Source: Gracilinanus agilis
Lineage: Eukaryota
Assembly (NCBI RefSeq): GCF_016433145.1
Contig: NC_058130.1
Coordinates: forward strand, 127,906,922 to 127,970,921
Length of the DNA: 64,000 bases
Direction: 5' to 3'
Shown: one piece after another, positions 10,701 through 21,552 of the stretch
Layout: the number at the start of each line of letters is the position of its first letter
How positions within the stretch are numbered: the stretch's first letter is position 1
The notes under the pieces: model-generated
Seen by the model: only the letters and a program-made list of their open reading frames with translations
Told to the model about the DNA's origin: nothing
The model's database searches: none
Made by a program: the position numbers and the translations under genes

Positions 10701-12356
10701 AATTAACCATGTTGACATGCCTTCTAAAGGCCTCTATAACTTCCTAACTGTCAAGGGCTTCCCTGGGGAGAATGGGGCTCTTTATAATTAAAAAGAGGCC
10801 CCAAGTGACATTTACTTTCTCTTTCATTCTTTGCTTTTCAGAAATGAACCCAAAGGCACAGTGTCATTATCTCTAATAGCATTTCTGGGAATTAATGGTT
10901 TTTTAATTAGTTAAATAATTTTTATAAAGTAATTAAATACCATTCATATTTTCCTTCTAACAGATCTGAATTTAAGAAAAGTTCCGTTTGATTTTTCTTT
11001 TCATATTTTGAATACAAGGCCAACAAGCCTTTATTCTCTGTATTACAGGCATTGTGCTAACACTAGAGATACAAATACACGCAAAAACCCTCATTGAGTT
11101 TATAAGCTCATGAGGAAAAACAACATTCAAAAGGGAACTGGAAAGTGGGAGTATGTGCAGGTACCTGATGTGGGACATGCAATTGATGATCAAAAGTTCA
11201 ACCAGAGTGGGGGAAGTAGGGAATGAAGGTTGCCCAGTCTGAATGCAACCACAAAATGGAGACTCCAGAAGGAATTTGCGAATGAGAGAAGGAGGTGTTG
11301 GTATAGGAGAGAAATGTTTCAGAATAAGGACCCAGAAGATGACAGATATTCCATGGACGTTCACAAAATAAAGATTTTTTTTTAAACCAACAATTCATTA
11401 TTGCTCATTTCCCCATTTAGCAATAGAGGATATGTTGTAACTGAAAAGGTTCTTTGATTTCTTTGATTCCCCTACTATCAAGTATAGCTATATAGATTCT
11501 GATACCCAGATCAAAGAAAATGAAAAATACCTAGAAATCATGTTCATTTGAGCATGAAAGAGAACAGAAAAAGACCTCAGATCTCAGGACATAAAGTCTT
11601 GAATTAAGAAAGATACCAGGACACCAATATGTGCAAAGACTCCACGATATTTATAAAACCCCTTTCAAGGAATCAAGTAGGGCAGAGTGAGCCAAGAAGA
11701 AGAAACTACTTTAAGGTGGGAGGAAACTGACCATCCAGTACCTTCTTCTTTTAAATATTTTTTTTAATAAACCTTTACATTCCACCTTAGAATAATGTGT
11801 TCTGAGGCAGAAGAGCAGTAAGGAATAGGAAATGGGGGGTTGTGTGATTTGCCCAGTGTTACACAGCTAGGAAGTCTCTGAAGTCAAATTTGAACCCAAG
11901 ACTTCTCAGCTTTAGGCCTGGCTTTCCACTGAGCCAACTAGCTGCCCCTAGTCTTAACTAATTCTTGCAAACAAGATTCTGCCTCATGAAGAAATTCAAG
12001 CACTGTTGACCTCCTCTAAATTTCAAAACACTGGAGCAAAGCTTCTATTAACTTGCTCTGGTTACAGTTTTATACTCAAGTAAATTAAATCTTCATTGGC
12101 ATAACTAAACAGCAAAATAACATTGACTGGAAAAGATAAAATACTTCACTGACTAGACTAATGTCACAATTTACAGACTTCAGTCTCAACTTGGAGCTGG
12201 AATATGGATTGGAAAAAAGAATCCTACTTACTATATTGAGGACTATATATAACTACCTTTATTAGTTTTAATTTTTCAATATAGTCTCAATTAAAATTCT
12301 CCTTTGATACATTATTGATCATGTAACTAAATTTTGGTTTTATTCTCAGACATCAG

Positions 12357-12411
12357 GTGATGACACTTTCTGGCCATAGCAATAATTGCTATGGCCAGAA
12401 AGTGTCATCAC
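12357..12411. repeat. Perfect palindrome, 27-bp arms with a 1-nt spacer
   Basis: gtgatgacactttctggccatagcaat-a-attgctatggccagaaagtgtcatcac. Confidence 0.97.
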
Positions 12412-13309
12412 TTATAGTTGGAGGGTTGTTGTTTGCTTTCGTGGAAGGATGGGTCTGGACTGATTAGATCCTTAGAAGTTATGTTAAAGGTTTTAAACTC
12501 ATGTCAAAAGAGCACAATTTGAATCTGAACTCTTGACACTTTTGTATGCCCTTGCACAAATCTCTTCCTCCATCTGGCCCAAAGTTTTCTTCTCCACAAA
12601 AGGAGAAGATTGGTAAATATAAGCCAGAGACACATAAAGCCTACAAGACTCTCTATGCAGAGACATTAAGAATGGAGAATATCTCCAGAAACTTCTAGGG
12701 ATTTAAGAAATTTATTACTGGGACGTTGGAAGCTACCAAGAATGGCAACATGATTGAGTGTAATCATACTACAACTGGGACACATTAGGCCTTTATTATC
12801 CCTAGTAATCTCTTATGACAGGCCACAGAAGGTCTTGAAAATCTACTCTGGACCTCAAAGATCCAGGAGCTTCCAGCTGTGGTTAACACAGGAACTCAGA
12901 TGACTCAGGGTGATATAAAATGGGTTCCACAATTTTTTCCCAAAAAAAGCAACAGAAGGCAGAGACTGTTCTGAGCACAAAGCACCAGTTCAGATACTAA
13001 GACTTGAGAGATTAGTAAACTCACAAAAATAACATATATAATAAAGAATTCTTCTAGATCAAGATGTCCAAAGCATTCAACCAAGAGAGAGTAATACTGT
13101 TAATAAATGTAGACAAAAGGGGTAAAATTGGATTTTCCACAAGAACTACATGAATACTTGGGAAAAATGGAGCAAGTGGGAGGAAATGATAAAAACATGA
13201 AATAAAATAAAAACCTCAGGTGGAAAAGAATTGGAAGAAAAGTAAAGTGCTTCTTAGAAGAGAAAGTAGTAAACCTTACTTAAGTAATAGACTCCCTGAA
13301 AACTAAAAT

Positions 13310-14680
13310 AGAAGTAGAAAGATGGCAGAGTAAGGCCTAAGGCTTCCTTGCTTTCTGAACTCCCCCACATTAAAAAGCTACTCCACAGAATCAATGCTAA
13401 AAGCAGTTAAAAAAAAACAGATAAGAGTTAGGAATGCAGCTAAGCAGCAAAGGACTACTAGGGAAGAAGTCAGTGACTTCCCTGGCCTCAGTTTCACTAA
13501 ATAGTGCAAACACCCCAGAACAAACAACACAGAATCAACAAGTGGCAAGCTCTAGGGGTAGGACCCACAGTCTCATTTCATCTGATGAATAAGGAGTTTA
13601 CATTCCAGTGGCAGATTCCAGTGAAGTCAACAGGCAGAAAGTCCTGGGAAAAACTGTGCCACTACACCCTCAACTCTAGAGATCTCCACTCACCCATAGC
13701 TGAGAGTTGACTACTGAGAAAAGAAGGACTTTGGGGGCCCAAGCACATGAACCAGACACCTGCTGTATCTCAGGCTGTAGAAATGAGGGGAAAAAAAGGA
13801 GAAGAGAGCACACACTGGTGAGTGAGATTGCTGAGGGGCTGGAACTCTGTTAGATGTGGTCAAACTGCCCCACCTCCAGAAAAGAGGAGTCCCTGGCTGC
13901 CATTTGAGAGCAGAGGTGAGCTCATCTGTTTCCAATTGAAGAACTGAGGTTAGGGGTGGTGTTTCTGGTTGGAGAACCTAACATCAGTCATTGACTATGA
14001 CTTGAGCAGGAACCAGGTACCACACCTGATGTGGATTTTAGAAATTGGAAGAACAAAATAGGGCTCAGGAAATAACAAAGGCAAATAATCCTGAAACCTG
14101 AATCACCATCCCCCACACCCTGGGAACTCTGAGCCTCTAGCATAAAGCTAACAATAGAGCCTATTGGCCTGGCTGCTAATTTTTTTTTTTAAGTAGGCAA
14201 AGGAGAAAAAAATCCAACTGTTGATAGCTATTATGGGGACAGAGAAGACCTGGGTTCAAAATCAGAGAAGAGTGAACTAAAAATAATTCTAAATTCTAAA
14301 ACAACAAGGAAAAACATTAGATGGTAAAAAATTCAAAAAGAGCTTTTGAAAGAACTTTAAAAAGTTCTCAAAAGAAGCAAATGAGAGAGGATAAGGAAAA
14401 ATAAGAGCAATGCAAGATTAAGAAAATTATGAAAGAAAGATCACCCAAATGGAAAAAGAGATCCAGAAACTCACAGAAGAAAATAATTCATAAGAACTAG
14501 AATTGGAAAATGAGAAACTAACTTCCAAAAACAACAAGAAATAATAAAGCAAAATCAAAAGAATGAAATCATAAAAGATAATATGAGACACTGTATTACA
14601 AAAACAACAGACTTGGAAAATAGATCAGAGAGAGATAATATAAAAATTGTTAGACTTTCAGAAACTTATTATCAAAGAGT
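13310..14680 (+). mobile_element. L1 5'UTR/ORF1 relic
   Basis: gatggcagagtaag-type start. The ORF1 motif DLENRSERDNIKIVRLSE (similar to ENRSRRxNLKIIGLPE) is near 14610-14665. Boundaries approximate. Confidence 0.7.
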
Positions 14681-14689
14681 TTAGTATAA

Positions 14690-15889
14690 GCATTTTCTGA
14701 AGGTGGCCATTTTCTGCAAGGAGCATCAACATGGGGTTCAGAGTTTGGAACCCCAAAGAAACCAGGAGGCAGTTGAAAAACAGAACAACACTATAAAAGG
14801 AAGTGAAACCCAAGCAACTCAACTCATTCCTGAGTTGGGGTAAAGAGTGGAAGGGAGGTTCTGGGTAGCACTCTCCATTGAACTCTAGTTATCCTCATCA
14901 GGATTGTCATAGCCTGATCTGTGGTGCTGATTCAAGCTGTATCTGCCAATCTCTGCTATTGACTGCATTCAGCAGCATATATATTTCATCAATTTATACC
15001 AAGAATAACAACATCAAACCATCACTGAAGATCAATATCTTATACCTGTTATCATCCAGCTTAGCTGGCTTTTCAATCCATTTAGCTAGCTACTAGAAGC
15101 TGAATTCAGGTATAGTGTAGAATACTGTCAAGGGCTGTGCCCTGAGAAGGGGGCAGCCTACTTTCTAATCCAACTAGATAAAGTGTTAGATTTTCCTGGT
15201 TCCTCTTTCCTTTCCCATCATACCTAAATTCCCAATACCCTCCAGTTTATACTTCTCTTGATAAATTAAAGAAGTTACCTTTGTTCCTAAGATGCCTTTG
15301 GTCATGCTGCTGATCTGATTCAACATCTATCTGAAGAATCCCTCCATACTGCTTGAACTTGACAGTTGGTGGAGACTCCTTCAAGAAGGGGAATTCTTAC
15401 TGATTTCCACATAAAAACTTGTCAGAGAACTACTCCCAGTTAACCAGAGTTATCTACTCAATTGGCAGATCACCATCTTTAGCCATATAAGTCAATAAGA
15501 GAGATATTTAGTTGTTTCTTACTGGAGAGCCATAGGGCTTAGGCCCTCTCTATTAGGATCCTCTTGAACCTGCCTGCTGGGGAACAGACAATCACTGAGT
15601 TGAAGTCAGCCAACCCTGACAGGTGGTTCTGTGTGGTTGCTTTGTCATCTGCAGCCAAGAGAATAATCCTAACATTTTTGGCAGAGCCAGAATAGGATTT
15701 AGAACCTACCAACTACAACTAGGTAGCCATTTCTTTTGAGGAAGAAAAAGAAACATAGGGTACTCCTTGGGGAGGATTACTTTCATCCTAATTAGTGGTA
15801 CCTTATTATTATACAGCTTATGGACAGGAGCCTACAACTTGTGAGTTGAATTACTTCTCCAATATTTATTAGGAAATGTTAGGATTATT
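14690..15889 (+). mobile_element. Probable LTR-element remnant nested in L1
   Basis: TATAAAA near 14792. LTR-like end aataatcctaaca at 15662-15674 followed by a PBS-like tggcagagccag. Its reverse complement tgttaggattatt reappears at 15877 after a purine run. Confidence 0.4.
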
Positions 15890-16660
15890 TAGCTAAAGAG
15901 CAAATAATAGAAACAATAAATAATTTCATTAAAAAGAATGAAAATAATGAGACAGCATACCAAAACATATGAGATACAGCAAAGCAGTAATTAGAGGAAA
16001 ATTTATGTCTCTGAATGCTTATATTAATAAAGTAGAGAAAGAAAAGATCAATGAATTGGGAATACAATTTTTAAATCTAGAAAAATTAAAAATTCCCAAC
16101 AAAACACCAAATTAGAAATCCTAAAAACTAAGAGTGAGATCAATAAAGTTGAATGTATAAAAACTATTGAATTATTAAATAAATCTAGGATTTGGTTTTA
16201 TGAAAAAAATCAACAAAATAGATGAATCATTGGTTAATATGATTTTTAAAGAAAACTAAATAACTCACATTAAAGATAAAAATGGTGAATGAAATTAATT
16301 ATTAGGAGTTTTTTTCAATTTACAAGAAAACAAATTTAATAATGTAAGTAAAATAGAAAAATACTTACCAAAAAAATAAACTGACTAGAGGCTATCAGAG
16401 GAGGAAATAGGATATCTAAATAAACTTATTTTAGAAAAAGAAATTGAACAGGACATAAAATGAACTTCCTAAGAAAAAGACATCATGACCAGATGTATTT
16501 ATAAGTGAATTCTACCAAACATTCAAAGATTAAATAGTTCCAATATTAAATAAGTGATTTGAAATAACAGGTAAAGAAAATATTTTACCAAACTCCTTTT
16601 ATATGAAACAAAAATGGTGCTAATACCTAAACCAGGGAAAGCAAAAACAGAGAAAGAAAA
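15890..16660 (+). mobile_element. L1 ORF2 relic (post-endonuclease linker)
   Basis: KEQIIETINNFIKKNENNETAYQNI*DTAK ... KENY, typical of L1 ORF2. Many stops. Confidence 0.8.
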
Positions 16661-17429
16661 TTATATACCACTGTTGGAGTTTCATGAATGGCCCTCTAGG
16701 ACTAATATTCTATCATTTTCTGTCTACAGATTCTTATCTTGGATCATATTTCCTCTAATGTTAATTTTGAAAATGATGTTATAATTAAATCAACCAACAA
16801 GTATTTATTAAGCTTCTACTGTGAGTCAGTCACCATGCTGGATATTGGGACTGCAAAGACAAAAATGAAAGTCAATCTCCTCAACTTGTTTATTATTAAA
16901 ATTGAAAGCTTTCTTCATAAGGTTATGAGACTTCAGAATTTAGGGGGTGGGGCAGGCAATGGTAAAACACCATAAAAGATGAAATTGGAACCAAAAATAC
17001 CCCATACTCTTTGGAGAAAGAGCAATGGAGTTCAAGTATGGAAACCAAAGGGAAAGAGTAAGGATGGATAAAATGAGGACTATACATTAAATAATACTTA
17101 ATAATTATGTGCCCATATAATGGGGGTGAAAAGCCTACAGCTCAAAAATGGACAATAATTTGAAAATGGGTATGCAGTGTTTACATGAAGTTATAGATAC
17201 ATACAGAAAAGATCTCTGGTTTTATCAAAGTAGGGAATTCCAAGTATGGGAACTCCGACTTAGTAGGAAAATTGCCTGCAGCAAGACATTAAATGGCTTC
17301 CCCTGGGTTAGAGGTTAGATGAAAGCCTCTGAAATCCAAGCCTAGCACTCGATTTACTCTGCCATACTGCCTTTTTATGAGGGATGTTCATTAGCAGATA
17401 TTTTTGGCAGAAGGCATAGGAACATAATT

Positions 17430-17960
17430 AAGTAATCCTTCCATTACATTTGGCATTGATGAGAAATTTATTAGGAGACTTCATCCACTTTGGGCTTCTT
17501 GTTTTAAGAAAACTGTCAAGAAATTGAATGGAGTGCAGAGGACATTAATGAAAATGAGTGTGTAACTGGAAAATTGGACCTCTAAAGAAAGGTTAATGGT
17601 TTGGGGAATATTTCTCCTGGAAACAAAATACCAAAGGCTAATTCAATAAGGGTCTAAAATTTTAGAAGATCGTTTAGTGGAACAGTTTGTCATTTCTGCT
17701 GAGGGTACAATCCTAGGAAATTACCTGCTGTGTGCTTAATAGCAGAAGGAATATTGTTCAGAGTTCATAGACACAAACATTTCCCAGTTGTGTCAATGAT
17801 GAGCTCATCTTTCAGAAACTAAAAGTGTGACAAAGAGATCTGCTATCCGACACTTGCTTCTTTCTGTCCAGTAAAAAGGAAGAACTGATTTTTCAGATCA
17901 GAAATGAAAGGATGTGACCACACCATCATAGAGTTCCTGCTAAAGAGGGGAATGCCAGAT
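17430..17960 (+). mobile_element. CR1/L3 relic fragments
   Basis: CR1 3'-like stretch (17440-17640) and an EN-like stretch ending tgaccacaccatcatagagttc (SDH..IEF). Confidence 0.55.
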
Positions 17961-18913
17961 TTCCAAGACCAGAGATTCTTAATCAGAGATATGTGAACTT
18001 GGTTTTTTTAATCATATTAATAATTGTATTTCAGCATAATTGGTTTCTCTTCTAATCTTTTGCATTATATTCTACATATGTAAAACAGTATTTGAAGAAA
18101 AGGTCTATAAGTTTCACCAGACTACCAAAGAAGTATACTATATTTTTAAAAAAGGTTAAGAACCCCTGCCTTAGACTTTGGTAGAGAAGACTTTAGGTTA
18201 GCTTTAAAAAAGACTTTTGAGATAATTTAGGATTTTTTTAAACTTTTCCACTATTCTAACATATTTAGCCCTATATCAAACAATCAGTGTTTATAGTTTC
18301 TCATTAAATAAAACTCCTGGCCAACTGCAGCAGCTTTTGAGCCACTCTTTTTCTGCTATCTAAAGTTATCCTATTCAAACCCTCTCCCAGTTTCTGGTCC
18401 TCATAAAGAAACACCCTGCCAAACTTCATGCAAGTCTGGTATTGATAAGTGATCCCAAGAAATTCCCTACATATGAACTGATTAGGGATTCCCCTTCCCA
18501 TATCTGGCACCTATTTTCCTTTTTCTACCAAGCCTATTTTTGGGGTACAAAACTTTCCTATCTGAACCTTAAGTTTGAACATGTTCTGTCCCCAACATGA
18601 CTCTCCCATTCTTGCATCCCCCTCATATTCCTTAAGTTTTTTTGAATCCATGGTGATGAGCCTCTGTCTCTATAATGACATGTAGTGTGTATATATTTAT
18701 ATGCTTTTTCCTGCCCGCTTGCTGCACCTTATAATAATAAATCTCTTGTTTGCCAGCTTCATAGGTACCAGTCTTCTGTAAATCCCTAAACTCAGATCTT
18801 TGCTTTAAGGTCTGAAACCAAAGGGGTTCTACTATTCTACTATTAACACTATTTCCCTTAGTAATTTGGACTATTAAAGATAATGCTTAATAGTTCATTT
18901 CAAGTGGTATTGA

Positions 18914-19601
18914 TGTAGGAGAACCGATTAGGAAAACCTGGGTCAGAAGGGACACCTTCTTCAAGAATGACAAGGCACTAGGAATTAGCTTAAAAATAGA
19001 AAAATGTTTTCAATTTAATGCAAATTGGATTATTGGATTGAATACTGCCTTCCAGAGGAGATGGAGTTTGGGATATGTATACCATCCTACATGACTAGAG
19101 ATGGAATGATTATGGGGAGATAGAGTGATGTTTTGGGGACTCTGGGCCCAGAGATGGGTTGTGTGCTTATGTCTATGACTCAAAGTCAAAAGTGGGTGAG
19201 CTTCTCCAGTTTAGGGGATGATTAGATATCTGAGCTCAAAACAGATGCTTATCAGAAGCAAGCTGGGAGGTGCCTGTGTGCATCAAAAATGAGGGGAGAG
19301 GGCAGAGGGAATATTCTCAGCTCAAAGTCACTTTCCCTCAGCACAGCAGGAATGCAAGGGAAAATGAATTATTTATGTATTTTCTGACCTGGGACACCTT
19401 TGAGGTTTTGGGGTGGCTAGGGGAAGCCCATACCCCTATATCTGTATATCCAGCTCCAACCTTCCTAGACCATTCCAGACTTAGTAAAGTCCTTCACAAT
19501 CTCTGCTAAGGTTGTTAGTAGTTTTGTTTTTTTTCCTTCCAACATAAATTTCAGAAAACCTTCCTGGGGTGCGTGTTTTGATCTATAATGTTTTCGTTAC
19601 A
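18914..19601 (+). mobile_element. Probable solo LTR
   Basis: Starts tgtagg and ends gttaca, with LTR-like composition. No clear TSD. A second LTR-like block ends ...ttaaca at 18848. Confidence 0.4.
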
Positions 19602-20780
19602 CTACTGTTCGGTATAAAAATTTTGAGTGCCATATTCATGCAACCTTTATCACTTACATATTGAAATTCATTCCAATGTCAAACTCCAACCAAGCAGCAT
19701 TTTTCTAAAAATACACTAGCCCAGCCATTTAAATCTAATTGGTCCCAACTTTAGCAGGATACATTTGCCACATTTTGACCCTCTAAGTTCAAGTAGGATC
19801 CCCGTTCACAGGACCCAACTGATCATCATTTATTAAAGCCATCTAGTAATCACTATAATAGATACTTTGGGTTTTTTGGTTGTTGCTACTGAAGATATAT
19901 AGTTTGTATCTGTCCATAACCAGAACTATAGCCTTCTGCTTTGTTCAATCTCGGCTCATTGAATATTATGCCACAGTATTGTGAATTATAGGATCATAGA
20001 ATTGGAGTTGGAAGGGTATCTAGTCCAACCCCTAATTGACAAGAAGCCACTTTACAATATACTTAACAGTTGGTCATCCAGACTGATTGAAGACCACTTG
20101 TGAGAGGGAACCCACTACTTCCCAAGGCATGAGTAGGATGATAGTAGAATTATAGATGTATAACCAGTTGAACAGGCACACTTAAAGCATGGGGCTTCAG
20201 ATGTAGTGAGTTCTTCATCTCGTCCTTCAAAGTCCATTCCATGAAGGAGTTTTAGAATCCCCCCCAGGAGCCAGGCTATACTCATTTATTAGAGTTCCTT
20301 ACATTTTCCAGCCACCATTCTGACTATACTTTTTCTCCTGTGCCATTTTAATGCCATACTGTGTCCTTTGGCCCTGGGAGTAACTTCACCCTACCCTTTG
20401 ATTGAGAACAAAGATCAAATCTATACTATCTTTGCATTTGGGAAAAGCATGTCAATTAAGCACTTTATTATTCCATTCACCACCATTGTAATTTCCCTGA
20501 TCAAAGCACCATTATCTGACTAAATCCCATATTTTCTACCCCTTTTCAAATGTGTTTGTGTAGCTAGTCTTGATTTTGTATTTCAGTACCAAGCACTTAG
20601 CATATCACCTTGCACTCAGTAAATACTTAATCAGTTCTTTTTTCATTCATCATTAAAGGTCGTAAGCTGGAGCTAGAATGCCAGTTTCTAGGGAGTTTGG
20701 GGAGGGAATGTCTTTTCAGATTCAGATTGGACTGGATGACCTCTAGAGTCACTCAAAATTCTCTGATTCTCCAATACATA

Positions 20781-21110
20781 CAAATATCCCTTCCACATCA
20801 CAACTTTCCCCCTTGCTGTTTCCATATATTCCATTAACATAAAAAATTAAATAGAAATGGGGGGGGGGGAGTTCCAGAACCCATAGATGGCACGTGAAAG
20901 TCAGCAGACAACAAAGAACGAGTTTAAAAACTATATAACCTATGACCAAATGCTTAACCCAAATTTTATAATAAGGTACTGTAAGTACTCCATAAAAGAA
21001 AAAGAAAAAAAAATTCAGACTTCTTCTCTGGTCTTAAGGGAGGGTTAAAGAACTTTACATGCATTTTCCAGATTGTGGGAGAACTATGCCCCTAACCTCT
21101 ATAGTATGTA
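20781..21110. mobile_element. Tigger-like MITE, degenerate copy of the 29431-29745 family
   Basis: Shares caaatatcccttccacat and tgaccaaatgcttaacccaaattttataataaggtactgtaag with the 29431 element. Confidence 0.7.
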
Positions 21111-21147
21111 CATCCTAGTGGGGTTCCCCCCACCAAGGCTCCTTTAT

Positions 21148-21332
21148 TTATTTTTAAACCCTTAACTTCTGTGTATTGGCTCCTTGGTGGAAGAGTGGTA
21201 AAGGTGGGCAATGGGGGTCAAATGACTTGCCTAGGGTCACAAAGCTGGGAAGTGTCTGAGGTCAGATTTGAACCTAGGACCTCCCATTTCTAGACCTGAC
21301 TCTCAATCCACTGAGCTACCCAGCTGCCCCCC
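21148..21332 (-). mobile_element. Young tRNA-derived SINE (opossum SINE-1-like)
   Basis: Full head (reverse of cagctgcccc) and tail. 12-bp TSD aggctcctttat at 21136-21147 and 21333-21344. Confidence 0.9.
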
Positions 21333-21374
21333 AGGCTCCTTTATAATACAATAATTCCACTTTTTCTTTTGCAG

Positions 21375-21552
21375 GTTCTAGTGAAAAATAACAACCTCTC
21401 AGACAAGATCACAGTTTTGCCAGGAAAAATTGAGGAAATCTCACTGCCAGAAACTGTAGATGTGATTATTTCTGAACCCATGGGCTATATGCTATTCAAT
21501 GAGAGGATGCTGGAGAGTTACCTTCATTCCAAAAAATGGTTGAAGTCAAATG
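21375..21552 (+). CDS. CARM1-like: CARM1-like exon ([60 protein letters not shown])
   Basis: ttttctttttgcag acceptor, gtaagt donor, 178 bp. Confidence 0.96.

Noticed and set aside
6414-21374. Upstream CARM1-like exons (YFQFYGY..., VLDVGCGSG...)
   Set aside because: No matching exon found by eye in this interval or in 1-941. They probably lie upstream of the window, though a TBLASTN is needed to exclude them.
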